Assembly: GCA_044892525.1 (NCBI GenBank)
Contig: CM097885.1
Coordinates: 33,854,001 to 33,918,000, forward strand
Direction of reading: 5' to 3'
Source of the DNA: Schmidtea polychroa
Lineage: Eukaryota
Length of the DNA stretch: 64,000 bases
Below, piece by piece: positions 42,253-55,456 of this stretch. The number at the start of each line of letters is the position of its first letter. The stretch's first letter is position 1. Made by a program: the position numbers and the translations under genes. Under the pieces are notes generated by a model. That model ran no database searches, was not told where the DNA came from, and saw only the letters and a list, made by a program, of their open reading frames with translations.

Positions 42253-43119
42253 CTTGAATTTAAAATAAACGAAAATGAATAAGTGAATAAAATATTAGAA
42301 ATAAGAAAAACAATATTGGAGTGATGTTAAAAAATAGTTTGTTTAAACTTATGAAAAGAGAAGGAAATCTCTTAAATGCAGTTATTGAAAGTGGTTTGAA
42401 ATAGAAATGTACTTCGTTTAATCAATTATTCTACTCTTACTGTGGTAAAGAAATTGTAATTTCTATGTTGTCTCATAAATATACCTCGACGTAAGAAGAG
42501 AATTTTCGATGATAAAAACAAAAAATTATTTCAATAAAAATAAAGTAATAATATTTTAAAATTATATTATTTTTTGGTCACCTTTGACTTGTTTTCTTTT
42601 CTTAATAATATTTCATTTATTTTCATTCTGAGAAAAAGCAAAAGTTTGTGTTTCATAGAATTAAATTTTAAATATAACGTGCTAAGTCAAAATTGGAGCT
42701 AATTTGGGACAGTCAATAAAATACAGTATATAAGATTCTACATATCATTTATCACTACATAAAGGATGGTGTCCCAATGAGTTTGGTTCTAGGAAAATAT
42801 GGACCAAAGCAGTCATTGTCTTAGCCTATCTATCATTAAAGAGTTTCGGAAATAAAAAATGTGACGCAAAATGCATTGTCGAAAATACTTTTAAGGAGGA
42901 CTTAATTTATGACAATCCTCTGTCATGTATGTCCTGAAAAGAAATGACAGTTCTAAGAAACGAGTGTCTATATAATTATTTATAATTTATACATTATTAA
43001 AAAAGTGTATATTGATAACTATTGATAATATATATATAATTATTGATAATATCTACATAATTATTGATACTATTTATATAACTATTGATAACTTTGTAAA
43101 AAAATTAATTAAAACTAGA

Positions 43120-43970
43120 TTTACCACGCCAGTTAAAATGACTGATTTTACAATTTTGTCTGAAAGTTTTTCCCCAAAAATGTCATGACATTTGTAATGA
43201 TAATATAACAAATATTATTAGGTACTTAGTTTGGATTTTTATTCACAAACAAAATGTTTTTGATTATCATTGGTATATACGAATTCATGTACCAACTTAT
43301 ACCAATTCCAGTCAAAAGAACTGGTGCGAAAGAGCGACTTTTAATTAGCTATATTAAATGATAAATAAATTTGGAAAAAATTGAAGAAAGAGTTCTTGCT
43401 TGAAGATTACCAGTTCCCAATATTTTCAATTTCATTACAAGTTTTTCTTTGGCATTTAAATTATTGTCAAAAATACTACTACTACCGAAAATTCTCAAAC
43501 AAAAGAAATATATCATGGCTTGTTTTTCAACGTTGCCTTATGAATCAAATGGATGTACACTTCCAGTTTACAAGAGTAAGAGAAGTACAAAACACAAACC
43601 TGTCAAAATTGATACAACTAAAGAGATTACACGAAACTGTGTGTTTTGATAACAATATTAAATTTGGAGTAGATATGATTGATGGAAGTATTTTTTTTTA
43701 ATATTCTAGATCTATTCAGATCTAGAACACGATGTGTGAAAATATATCAGAAAGGCTAACTAAAGAATCTGTCTCTAAATACCAGATTTCAAGAGAAAAA
43801 TCACAAGAAACTGATAATCCAAGTTCAAGTAGAACACTTTATACACGAAAATGGTGTCAAATAGGGCATTGCCATAATAATAATGCCATGACTATTTGTA
43901 ATCTATGCAAAAATATTCATGCGGGAAATGTACACAAAGCAAAATCTACGACTGTAAAACTGTGATTAAT
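43120..43970 (+). mobile_element. piggyBac-like transposase remnant
   Basis: ETVCFDNNIKFGVDMID (third catalytic Asp region YN.TK.GVD..D) and a C-terminal Cys-rich domain RKWCQIGHCHNNNAMTICNLCK. Confidence 0.75.
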
Positions 43971-44671
43971 TCAAAACGAAGAATTAAGCTTTGATTACGA
44001 ATTAAAATAAAATTTCGGACTCCTATATATGTTAATAGAAATTTTATTTTTAATTATATATATTGGTATTAAAATATACGAATTATCGGCACAGCCTTTT
44101 TCAAGTGATTTTAAAATCGCTTGAAAAAAAAAGCTGTGCCGAAAGTTCGTCAATATCATAAAAACAACATCGATATCTTTAATGGCTTTTGAAAAAATTC
44201 TCATATATATATATATATAGATTTTCAAAATTAATATTAAAAATTTCAAGAAATTTCCTAGATCCTTTATTAGTTACTGATTGTCAAAATATATAATCAA
44301 AAATTTCCAAATATTGCAAACCCCAGATGACCTTATACTAAATGTCAATGTATAAAACCTCTTTAAACAATTCAGTTATTAATTAACAAAGTTTCAATGA
44401 TAGAATAAACGTCATTTATACATTTCATAACAACTGCTTACTTATTAATAGCATTGTATTCTTAAAAATTAAAAGTGTATTATGGAATATTTTGTTTCAT
44501 TTTATACGTCTACGAATTACCAATATCTAGCAGGGATGAGGGTTGAGTAAATGATAAGATAGGCATTTGCTGCAAAATGTTTATTAAGTGAGAATTTTTC
44601 TGATTATAAGATAATCATTTTCAAAGCATAATATATTTAATTCAAATTTTACAATTTTATTAATGACTGAC

Positions 44672-44889
44672 TTGTTATGAACTTCGGTTATGTCACTTTG
44701 ATGATTCAGTTGAATTCTTTCTAATTCCTCATTGTGATTTGTTTGTATTAAATTCATTTTAGCTCTCAATTCAGACATTTCCCGTTTTAATTTTCTATTT
44801 TCTTCTTCTGTGGCTACTAATCTGTCGGCAAACTCTTGTCTTATTATATCAGATACGTGTTCGCGTTCTCGATTGAGAGTTTCATATAG
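44672..44889 (-). CDS. CEP131: CEP131 exon
   Basis: LYETLNREREHVSDIIRQEFADRLVATEEENRKLKREMSELRAK...EVHN; IRQEF.DRL signature; AG/GT ends with consistent phase. Confidence 0.92.
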
Positions 44890-44935
44890 CTAGATGATAT
44901 TTAAAATACAATTTGATTAAATACTCGTTATTAAC

Positions 44936-45022
44936 TTGTTTGATTTCGTCGACTTCTTTTTCTTTTTGTCTTATCATTACTTTTAAACTCTCGTGTTCGC
45001 TTTCCAATTCTAAAAATTCACC
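44936..45022 (-). CDS. CEP131: CEP131 exon
   Basis: GEFLELESEHESLKVMIRQKEKEVDEIKQ; followed by a 46 bp intron. Confidence 0.85.
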
Positions 45023-45166
45023 CTGAAAATTCAAAATGTGTTATTTTTAAGTATTTTGATATATAATGTAAAATATGAGGGGGAAATTACATTGTAGAAG
45101 ATGAGAAAGGAAAAGATGTTAATTTTCGAAATTTTAAGTGAACAATATTGCAGAAATGGCTGCCTA

Positions 45167-45646
45167 CGGTATATACTGCATTACAAGTCAAAAAATTTCA
45201 ACCTTTTGAGGAAGAGATAATCTCTTAATCCGACTTATACTTAAGTCAAAAGTAATAAAACCTCAAAAATGTTAGATTTTAAGAACTTTCCAGGAATTTC
45301 CATTTTTAAATACAACTTGAAATATTAATAATAATAATATTATATTTTTAAATTTTGAAGTGTACCGCTGCAAGATGTTAACAAGAGATGTCAACAATCA
45401 ACAAACAAGCTGCCCTGAGAGTGTTCTCTTAGTAAACCTAATTTAGTAAAACATTTAGTAAACATTTGGCTACGCGCTGTCTTCGTCTATAAATGCTATA
45501 AAATAACCACAAAATCAAAAAATGCTGTTACTGGTTGTCTTTTTAATCTCCGACTTATACTCAAGCCGAAAATTTGGAAAGCTAAAAATTGATTAAAATC
45601 GACTTCCGACTTATACTCAAACGACCTTATAGTCAAGTATACACGG
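45167..45646. mobile_element. Tc1/mariner (pogo/Tc2-type) MITE
   Basis: TA|CGGTATATACTGCATTACAAG ... CTTATAGTCAAGTATACACGG|TA imperfect TIRs; CCGACTTATACT subterminal repeats x3. Confidence 0.7.
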
Positions 45647-46055
45647 TAGTTATTTATTTGAATTATATTTTTATAAGCATTTCCGTTAGTGATTAATTTT
45701 TTTAATATTTATTAATCGGCTAGTTGTGAGATGTAATCACATTATATGCTTCTCCTTGGCTTCCATATTAAAAACTTCATAATTAAACAGATTAATAAAA
45801 TTTATTCCAATAAAACATCAACTTATTTAATTAAATCAACATAACTCAAACAAATTTGAGGCATCTAATTTCATTATTGGCAACGGTAATAGCAATAAAT
45901 ATTTTTGGTAAATTTTTTACAATTTTTTGTTAGTGATTGACTATTTTTTCAATTTGTTTCCATAAGACTAGATCAATCAGTAGTAAATTATTTGTTTATT
46001 TGATCTATTATTTAATAAAAATTAAAAAATAAATAATTTTATAATATATATTTAT

Positions 46056-46833
46056 TGTCGAACCCATATCTTACGCACGCCCATATCTTACGCAAAAATT
46101 TTTTTATTCTACACAAAGAAACAAAAAGCAATAAAAACACCAAAATATTATATAAAAAGCAATTAAATAATGAAATTTAATTATTGTTTTTCTAAATTAT
46201 CCTTTTCAGCCTATTTTTACAAACCACCATGTGATTTTCTTCATTCAAATCCGATTTTAATCTAAAAGACTCGTTTCCAACTCTTTCTACTATTATCCAA
46301 CTTCCTTCTTCATAAAAATCTTCCATTTTTCTTTTTCTTGTTTCTGTGTTTGCATCAAAAGATTTCTTAACAAAGACACGCTCTCCAGGATTAAAAGTAA
46401 TAGAATGATAGTGAACATCTGCATCACTCACCATTCTTCTGGTATATCTGTTTCGATAATTTTGGTCAACCAGGCTTTCTCGAATAATTTCACTATTTGA
46501 TTCAGCATTAATGCTTTCATTTTCATTGCTATTGCCATTATTATTGGTGTTTAAATCCCCAACTAGATCAGTATATTCATCTGATTCAACTAAAAGTGAA
46601 TTTTCATTATTAATATTTTCCAACAATAAATTTTCTCTCATTTCGCTTCTTTGTCTTCCTCTAAAAGCATTCATTGGTGTCGTGTTGATTGCTCTATGCC
46701 ATGTTGTATTATATTTAAAGACAATTTCATCATGAATGTCAATCCATCTTTTTATTGGCTGTGCCGATAGACATTTTGCAAATTTTTTTCTTTTTGCGTA
46801 AGATATGGGCGTGCGTAATATATGGGTTCGACA
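46056..46833 (-). mobile_element. Ginger/TDD-type (integrase) DNA transposon, internal deletion derivative
   Basis: ~43 bp TIR TGTCGAACCCATATCTTACGCACGCCCATATCTTACGCAAAAA with 1 mismatch; TGT...ACA ends; 5 bp TSD TTTAT; interior RWIDIHDEIVFKYNTTWHRAINTTPMNAFRGR (post-catalytic integrase) and FNPGERVFVK. Confidence 0.85.
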
Positions 46834-46934
46834 TTTATTATTTATTAGATTTATAAGAATTGTATTTCATAAAATTAATTGTTTTACTTCCTCTATACTG
46901 TACACGAAGTTAAATCTTGGACGTCGTTATATAA

Positions 46935-47851
46935 CAAGGGTGGGCACGCATGGGTTCAATAAGAGCCATTTTCCGAAAATTTATTTTTTACAGAGCCACC
47001 ATAGTAAAGTACATATTTTTTTTATTTCATTAATTTGATTAAAGAGACTTAAACGCTATTAAAAAAAAACAAAATAATTATTTCAAACATTAAGTAACAA
47101 ACATAAAAATCCATTAATAAAAAGTAATAAAATTTCTTGAATTAACGAAGACTTTTGGTCAAATCTTTGAAATTTGGTGTATACTTTGTTAAAGCTGTTC
47201 GCAGCAATTCTGTAAGATGCTGATTGGTCAACTGTGAACGATATTTCGACTTTACGAATTTCATTGTGGAGTACAAAGATTCACAACAATATGTTGTACC
47301 AAAAATTGAAATTAGACGGCAAGCAGCTTGTTTTAAGTGTGGATATTTTGCCTCTGGTACGAGTTTCCAAAATTCAATTATAGAAGTAGATTTATGGTGC
47401 ATTTGCAAAGCCTAGTCCTCTTTCATATCTAATAACTCCAATTCCCCAACCGCTTTTTTAACAAGTATTACTTCAGAAATTGGAAATCCATCTTCAATAA
47501 TATCACAAATAAATGGGTTCACAAAAAATGCAAATGTAGATTTATAACTTTTCAAATCTTCAAACCTACATTTGAAATCCACTTGCAATTCTTCCAATTT
47601 TTCACTGTATTCGTTTACTTTTTCTTCTGTAATATCAATTATATTAGCTTTTATTCGTGGAAAATGATTAAATATAATATAATATATTATGAAAACACAA
47701 TTGCAACAAAAAATTTTTTCTCAAAACATTTAGTGAAAAATTTCAAAATAAAAAATCGAATTCGATTATCAAGAATTCAATTATCAATGAGCCGCAGTTT
47801 ACTCAACGAAGAGCCGCATGCGGCTCTAAGAGCCGCATTTGCCCACCGTTG
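46935..47851 (-). mobile_element. hAT (Charlie/SPIN, GTF2IRD2-like) deletion derivative
   Basis: TIR CAAGGGTGGGCA / TGCCCACCGTTG; perfect TSD TTATATAA; C-terminal transposase FWKLVP...YPHL...FGTTYCCESLYSTMKFVKSKYRSQL. Confidence 0.93.
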
Positions 47852-48291
47852 TTATATAATAAATTTTATTTATAAATTTTGTTTTGAAGGTTTTTTAAAC
47901 TCTTATAAATTATCAGTTAAAGTTTTTTAATTTCCACCATTGATTAAAAATAGTAATGAAAGTTTGGTTAGTTTATGAAATGTCAAAATTGAAACAGAAA
48001 ACTTTTTTCATATTTACAAAGTACATATTATACTACCAATAAAATTTAGAAAATTAAAACAAAATTATAAACTCATCCTTAATTGTAAAAAACAATATAT
48101 TCAAAAAAAATACTTTGAAACTTCTCATTAAAATCATTTGTATATATATTCATAAATTGATATTTTATTTATTTTTAGCTTTACAGAAATTAATTTTCAA
48201 AAAAGATTGTTTGAACAAATTATTCTTTTCAAAGTTGTACATAAATGGTCTAGCTGTAAAGTGTAAGCGCTATTTATATGATAAATATCCA

Positions 48292-48501
48292 CAGTATCCT
48301 GAATATAACGCGACCCCGAATTTAGAAAAAAATACTCATAAAAAATTAATATTAAGGGAAATTCAATCAGATAAGCGTTTGGTTAGGTAATTACAAGTAA
48401 TACATAGGTTATATTCATGACAATAAATTTAATTAATTTAAACCAAAATTTAATAAAAATAAAATGTTAAAAATTGTCGCGTTATATTCGGGCTAATACG
48501 G
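48292..48501. mobile_element. Short Tc2/pogo-type MITE
   Basis: Inverted CCTGAATATAACGCGAC / GTCGCGTTATATTCGGG, ending TACGG|TA. Confidence 0.65.
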
Positions 48502-49638
48502 TAAAACGTATTTTTCATGTTGAATAAAACTAAGTGACATAGAATTTAATAACGTTTCCAAATGCATTTTTTTAATTATATCATGTCAAAAATATTGAAT
48601 TATTTTTTTTCGAAAATGAATAATGTGAATGAATGAATAATTATATTTATTCAATGTTAAACGCAATAAAACTTAAATTGGAAAATTTTTTCATCATGCA
48701 AAGACAAATTTACGATTTTGAAAAAAATGTAAATTTTTCTATAAGACATTAAGTTGTATTGCAAACATAAAATTTCATGAAAATGGTTTAGATAGCAGAA
48801 TAAAAAGAAGGTCATCTGTTACTATCAAAAATCATTGTCAAAAGAGGATTCTATTTTCGAATGTTTCTGTCAAATGAATTGTTAACAAAGTCTCTTTCCT
48901 GAGTAAATTGTCACTCAATAGACTTCAAAAGTAAATAGCTGGTAAAACGACCAAAACATGCCATTTTCCAGTTTATAATTAAACATAAATATTCCGAGCA
49001 AAAAAAAATTTTTTTAATAAAGTATTTGTTGCAATAGTTGAAAGATTTTACACCATAACAATTATTAACTATAAAAATATCCATAAACTGCTAGAAATTA
49101 TAAGTTCTGCTCCCAAAAGTGCTAAGTCATCACATATTTATTTAAAATTTAACTTTATGCCAGTAAATTATCTACATAAAAAAACATTCTGTAATACAAT
49201 AGTATCTAACTTCAATTACTACATATGTAACAAGTAATGATTTCCAAACAAAACGAGATAAAGTAAATTCAATTCCACATTTCGAAATGTAATTTTTGTT
49301 TATTACAGACCTTGAACCGGAAGTTTAAAACATTTGGTATCAAAAACACAAAATCAACCAATGCTTCTACTTTCTATTCTAATATATGTCATAAAAAGAA
49401 CATTTACCAACAAAGAATCACATACGTTTCAATTATTTTGACCATTTCAATTCATATTATTTATCAAAAGAAATTGTACTTATAAATTGAAAGAAATTAA
49501 AATGTTAATAAATTTAGAAAGGGATTTTTTTCATTAATAGAGAAATATATTCAATGTCAACAAATTATTCTATCGGAAAAACAAACAATTCCCTTGTGTT
49601 TCGATATTTAAAAATAATAAAATATCAAACTAAATTAC

Positions 49639-49723
49639 TCTTATTTGGTTGTATTTTTCCTTCGTTTGCCTCTCAGATAATTCCAATTCCTTAATTTCGG
49701 CTTCGTACTTATCTTTGGCTCGT
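49639..49723 (-). CDS. CEP131: CEP131 exon
   Basis: RAKDKYEAEIKELELSERQTKEKYNQIR (DKYEAE..ELE.SER signature). Confidence 0.9.
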
Positions 49724-50587
49724 CTAAACAAATTGATTTTGTAAACATAACGTAATATGAAATATATGAATTATTATTCACAGGTTTTGACAAATAATAT
49801 TAGAAATATTTATTTTATTTTTGTGATAAAAACAGATTTGGAATCCTCTAAAATAAGTAAGATACATCGATGCCCAACCTTCATAAAGAAACTGAGTACA
49901 CTCAAAAGCCAAACCGATACATCATTCATTTTATTAGTAGAATATCATAATTATAAATCGTTTATATTCTTCAGCTTTTATTTGTTTTCATTTAAAATGT
50001 GGTTCATCTACATTTCTTTCACAATATCCGGAACTGATTTTTTCAAATTCATACGAAATATTCGTGTCAAATAGAAAACAAAACATTCATCTGCTGTTTG
50101 AAAGAAATTAAGATAAAGGAAATAATAATTTCATCCTGTTTTAGGTGAGAGCAGAATCGGTCAGCAATTTTATGGCAGCCAATCTGTTAATGATCTATCA
50201 GACCCATAGGGATTTATTAATGGTTATCAATATTAATTTATTAATAACCCTTAAAATCTATAAACATTAAATGAAAATGTGTGAAAGAAATTATAATTAA
50301 AAAGAAATAAAATAATTTGACACGTAGGATTCAGTTCATTTTGCAAAATACTATAATTTTTACGTTTCCTTTAAGACTATTTTGCGTTTAATGTCATTCT
50401 TGTAAATCATAATTAAAGTGATTATTCATTATTAAAGTGAAAATTCACTTGAAAAAAAAACCGAAATTTCGTGAGTATCAAAAAACATTGATATATTACT
50501 GATTTACAGTCTTCAAGCTCTCTTTTTAATAAATTCAATGGAAAAAATAATCAGTGGTGCAATTGGGGAAAAGCATGCGGATTTGTA

Positions 50588-50870
50588 GATGTTGAAACTA
50601 TTATTGTAAAAAGGTTTGAACGAGTTTTGTAAAACTACTGAAGTTGAACATCAGAGATTACTTGGATATAGTAAAACAAGATGATAGCTTTTTTACCAGC
50701 CATTGAAAGAATTTTGAAAATGTATGAATGGTTAAAATATTTTTTCCTATGGCAAAATAAATGTCCTAGAATTTAAGAATTATTTATTTACAGTACAACA
50801 TTGTGCCGCTAAGTTTATAAATCATAAAAAATGTTCCTTGGAAAAAAAGGTTTAAAATCACTGCTCTATA
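50588..50870 (+). mobile_element. hAT transposase fragment
   Basis: LNEFCKTTEVEHQRLLGYSKTR*...PAIERILKMYEWLKYFF (TRW motif region, decayed). Confidence 0.7.
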
Positions 50871-52009
50871 CCTAATATCGCTTAGTCACAAGCTCTCATT
50901 ATATTCAGTAACAACAGAGGAAACTCAGATTTAATATTTAAATTAATGCATCAAAAGTTGAACATTGGGCAAGAATTGATTTCGGTCAAAAATCACATTA
51001 AATATGGAATAATTAGACTCGACTACTGCGGAAAATTTATTCATTTAGACCTAAAATTTCAGTTAACATTTTTTCCGCTGCCAAGTTGTTTGTGCTTACA
51101 TGATCACCTCAATTCTTTAAACATATTATTTGGATACTATTTGTGTTCCATCGTTTTCCAAAGATTTAATATTCTCTATAGTTAGTATAATCTAAGTACG
51201 GTATATTAGTGAGTAAGATACCATCAGTCGATCTAATACCCAATCTAGATTATATATATGTTAGATGGCAGGAGCAGAATTATCGAGTATTTTCAGCTTG
51301 AAGAAAACTTTAGAAAAGGCCTTAACAAATATAGGGTCTATATATTCATTATATATATTATATAAAAAATAAATTATGATTTGGAAAAAAGAAAATAATA
51401 TCAGAAATATAGGTCAGAAAGCAATCCAGTGCCCAATAAACAATTATCTGACTATTTACATTTAATCATTCGTTTGAATTTAATTATCTTTCGTGTACTT
51501 TTTTATTTGTTTATTCAATTGAATAATGTAGTTAGTCATTTTTATATAGCTTTTATTTGATTTCTTAACACGAAACGTAAAAACATAAAGGGAAGGGTGG
51601 GGCAACTAGAAAGTAATACAATAATTTATAAATAAATTTATTTTCATTTTTCACAAATTATGTATACATGCATTTTAACTTCGCATTATATTTTTCAGAA
51701 TTCAGTTAGATTATGTCGATTATATGGGTATGTTTTCTCTTTGGGTGGGATTCCCCGAAATAAACATAAAGTAAAAATGTAATGTACTTTGTATGCAATT
51801 TAGTTTGGTTTTGAGAATTGAAAAGAAAAGACGTTTAGTTGTTGTGAATGTTTAACAAGTTATAAGTAAAATAAGGGGCTCGTATAAATTTATTAATTCT
51901 GCTCGTATAGATTTATTAACCCAATAACAGGTAAGTTTTAAATAACTTTCAAATCTTTGTATTATTAATTATAATTATAGATTTAATTTATTTTGGTAGC
52001 CTTAACATA

Positions 52010-53561
52010 ATGTCACATAATTCATCTGTAATAAAAATGAAGAGGAAATTGATCAGTTTAGATACTAAAATTAAAATTTTAGATCAACTTGCAACAGGAC
52101 AAGGTGCAACGGCTGTAGGAAAGCATTTTGGTATTCACGAAGCTACCATAAGAACGATTAAGAAAAATGAAACTGCGATTAGAAAATTCATATGTTCTGG
52201 AACAAAAATAAGTGCTAAATTATCACCATACATAAGAGATGTTGTCAAAGAGAAAATGGAAAAAGCTTTGATAGTATGGATTGAAGATAAATCACAAAAA
52301 AGAATACCAGTAGACGGAATTACTATCAAGCAAACAGCATTAAGAATCTATAAACGTATTAAAGAACTTGAGCCAGGCACTTCATCTCAGTCAAACAAAA
52401 TATTTGAATTTTCTGCAAGTATAGGTTGAATGACAGGTTTCCTTAAAAGGCATGCTCTCCACAATGTAAAAATTATGGGAGAAACTGCATCTGCAGATGA
52501 ATTGTCTGCTAAAGAATTTCCTTAAAAACTTAGAAAAATTATACACCCCAGATCAAGTTTGGAATGTAGATGGAAGCGGCCTTTTTTGGAAAAAAATGCA
52601 TAGCAGAACTTATGTTGCGAAATCGCAGAAAACTGCCGGTGGTTTTAAAGTAGCAAAGGACCGTGTTACATTGTTGATTTGTTCCAATGCTTCAGGAGAA
52701 TGTATGTTAAAACCACTGCTAGTAAATCGTGCCTTAAGACCACGTTCAATGAAAGGTGTAGATTTCAATAAATTTCCAATTCACTGGATGGCAAACAAAG
52801 ATGCTTGGGTGACGACTGCAATCTTTACAGAATGGTTTCTGAAGTACTTCGTCCCAGAAGTTAGACGATACATGAATGCAAAATGTTTAGAATTTAAAGT
52901 TCTTTTAATTCTAGATAATGCACCTGGCCATCCGGTCTTGGAGCACCCAAATGTGCAATTTTGTTTTCTACCGTCTAATACTACATCCTTAATACAACCT
53001 TAATACAATCATTAATGGCATCTTACAGAGAACTTTATAATGGTTTAACACGAAACCAAACACAATATTTAATAACTGATTTCGTTCTAAAAATTTCTGA
53101 ATTATCAACACAGGAGACTAGTGATAATAATACAAAAATAATTTCCCAAGACGATAAACAAAATAATTCGAGTGATAGCAGTGATATTGCAGTCTTACGC
53201 AAACGTATACGTGTGTCAGAAAATGACAATGAATAAAGATTTGTTATTTTATATTATTTTGACTTTTATTATATTAATGAATTTCTGATATTATTTTCTT
53301 TTTTCCAAATCATAATTTATTTTTTATATAATATATATAATGAATTAAAATGTGTAAGCACGAAAAATAAATTCTTTTGTGAACTCTAACAAGGATTTTT
53401 TTATATTTATTATTATACTTTTGTTGCCTTTTTAGGTATGGAACCAATCTACTATTTTTCCGTTCAGCCAATATCGTTTTTCACATGAATTCTTTTACAC
53501 GAATTTCTTTTTACACGAATTATTTAGGAACGTATCTATTGTGTAAAAACAGAATTAGGTG
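52010..53561 (+). mobile_element. Tigger/pogo transposon, degenerate (TIGD1-like) with right TIR
   Basis: KRKLISLDTKIKI (CENP-B N-terminal HTH), MEKALIVWI, FSASIG*, GETASAD, WNVDGSGLFWKKM, KDRVTLL, KAWVT-like, LLILDNAPGHP, NTTSLIQP; end AATTAGGTG|TA. Confidence 0.93.
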
Positions 53562-54109
53562 TATTAATATTATTATATGATAGCTATAGATAAATTAAGT
53601 AATATTTCGATAATGAATTATTAGCAATTATTTAATATCGTATTTCGACTATCTTGTTTAACAATTATAGACGATTAATTTACATAAATATCACCGAGAC
53701 AATTAAATTTAAATAATTCAACATCCGTAGAGAAATATTTTTCTATAACCAAAAATAGTATAAATACTGAGTGAAAACTCAGTATCTTCGCCAAACATTT
53801 CTCACTATAGATCTTGAAGGGACATAGCCTGGATAGAATTTAAATTACAACAGATCTAAGCTGAACAAGATTTTTTTTCTTACAGTAAAAACTACACTGC
53901 ATTCAACACAACAAAAAAATCTACATAGCATGCACCTTTTTGTAAAATAAACTCAATATTTTTCTAAATTTAGTAAAGTTACGTTCGATATTTTTAAAAG
54001 CTAAAAATATTTTGTAAAGACAATGAAAATGTTATTTTTTATTTTTAAAACTGTATTTTATATTGCTCCGTGCTGCTTCTAAAAGCTTTTTATTTCCTGC
54101 TGCCATAAG

Positions 54110-54340
54110 ACTAAATTTGTCGCATTTTATTTTTAAATTGTTACGAATTAATAATTCGGCTTGAACATGATCAGGCGTTAAACGGTTTCTTTTATCCCAC
54201 CACAATTAACCCATTACTGAAAAAATTCGTTCGACGAAGGAATTACTGGCGGGAATGCTGAATAAAAATTACATTAACCTGCTCAGTACAGGACATTATC
54301 CTTTCCTTGATATTTTCGCCCACAATTGTCCATTGCTTTT
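54110..54340 (-). mobile_element. hAT C-terminal dimerisation domain remnant
   Basis: FSIPASNSFVERIFSVM...WDKRNRLTPDHVQAELLIRNN. Confidence 0.75.
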
Positions 54341-55364
54341 TACATTCTTTCGTTTTCGGTGATATATTTAGCTAATATATGATTTAATGAGCATAGCTCG
54401 TGAAATAAATCGTCACCTTGTGATTCGATGTCCACGTTTTTTATTTATTTGACGATAAATCGAAGTGGCAGTCCAATAAAGATACAACCCGGACATTTTT
54501 ATATATTATAAAAACTTTTTCCAATTTTAATCATTGATTTCTTTTCAATTTACATTGTACTTATTAATAAACTTGACTATGAATAAGTAAATATATCGGT
54601 TTTTTTTGATATTCACGAATTTTCGGCACTGGCTTTTTCAAGTGATCAAAATCATTATAATCCAGTCATTCATATTACATAAATGATCACTTAAAATTTT
54701 TGATCGTCTTAATAAATCATATGCAATCACTTAAATTAGAGATTTGGTCACTTAAATTACTGACTTGATCACTTTTAATAAAGAAAGCTGAGCACTTAAA
54801 TTTTGTTGGGTTTTTGCACTTTTAACTTGTAGTACTCATTGATCAATTCTTTAACTCGAGGATGAATCACGGTTTTAGCTTACCTTCCGCCACTGCTCTT
54901 TCATTGATCACTTCGTGGTCGTGCATATAAGTAGATAGCATGGTTTGAACAGTCTTATCAGTGCCAGAGTAGTTGAGTTTTAAAAAGGATTCACATTGTG
55001 GTCCTCTCCACCAATTGTGGCTGTTTTTTGGCTATTAAATGTACATAATCGATTATAGACCTTTCTTTTTCGCTTCTGCTGTTGTTGTTGTTAACATACC
55101 TCTACGTCTGATTTATCACTTTGATAATTTGTCACTGGTTGAACGATCATTTTTGTAATCACTTTCAAATTAATAGTATCGGCAAATCAAAATTAATGAT
55201 CACAATTAATAACATTTCTACGTTTGCTCACTTTCAAATTAATAGTATCGGTAATTCAAAATTAGTGATCACAATAAATTACATTTTAATTAAATTAAAA
55301 GCCCAATTATGAAATTTATGAGAGAAATTTAATAAAAAAGAAGTGACCTTTTTTAATTTAAGTG

Positions 55365-55367
<3 letters not shown>

Positions 55368-55453
<86 letters not shown>
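55368..55453. repeat. (TA)n microsatellite (insertion site of the hAT element)
   Basis: Direct reading; continues at 57026-57043. Confidence 0.97.
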
Positions 55454-55456
<3 letters not shown>

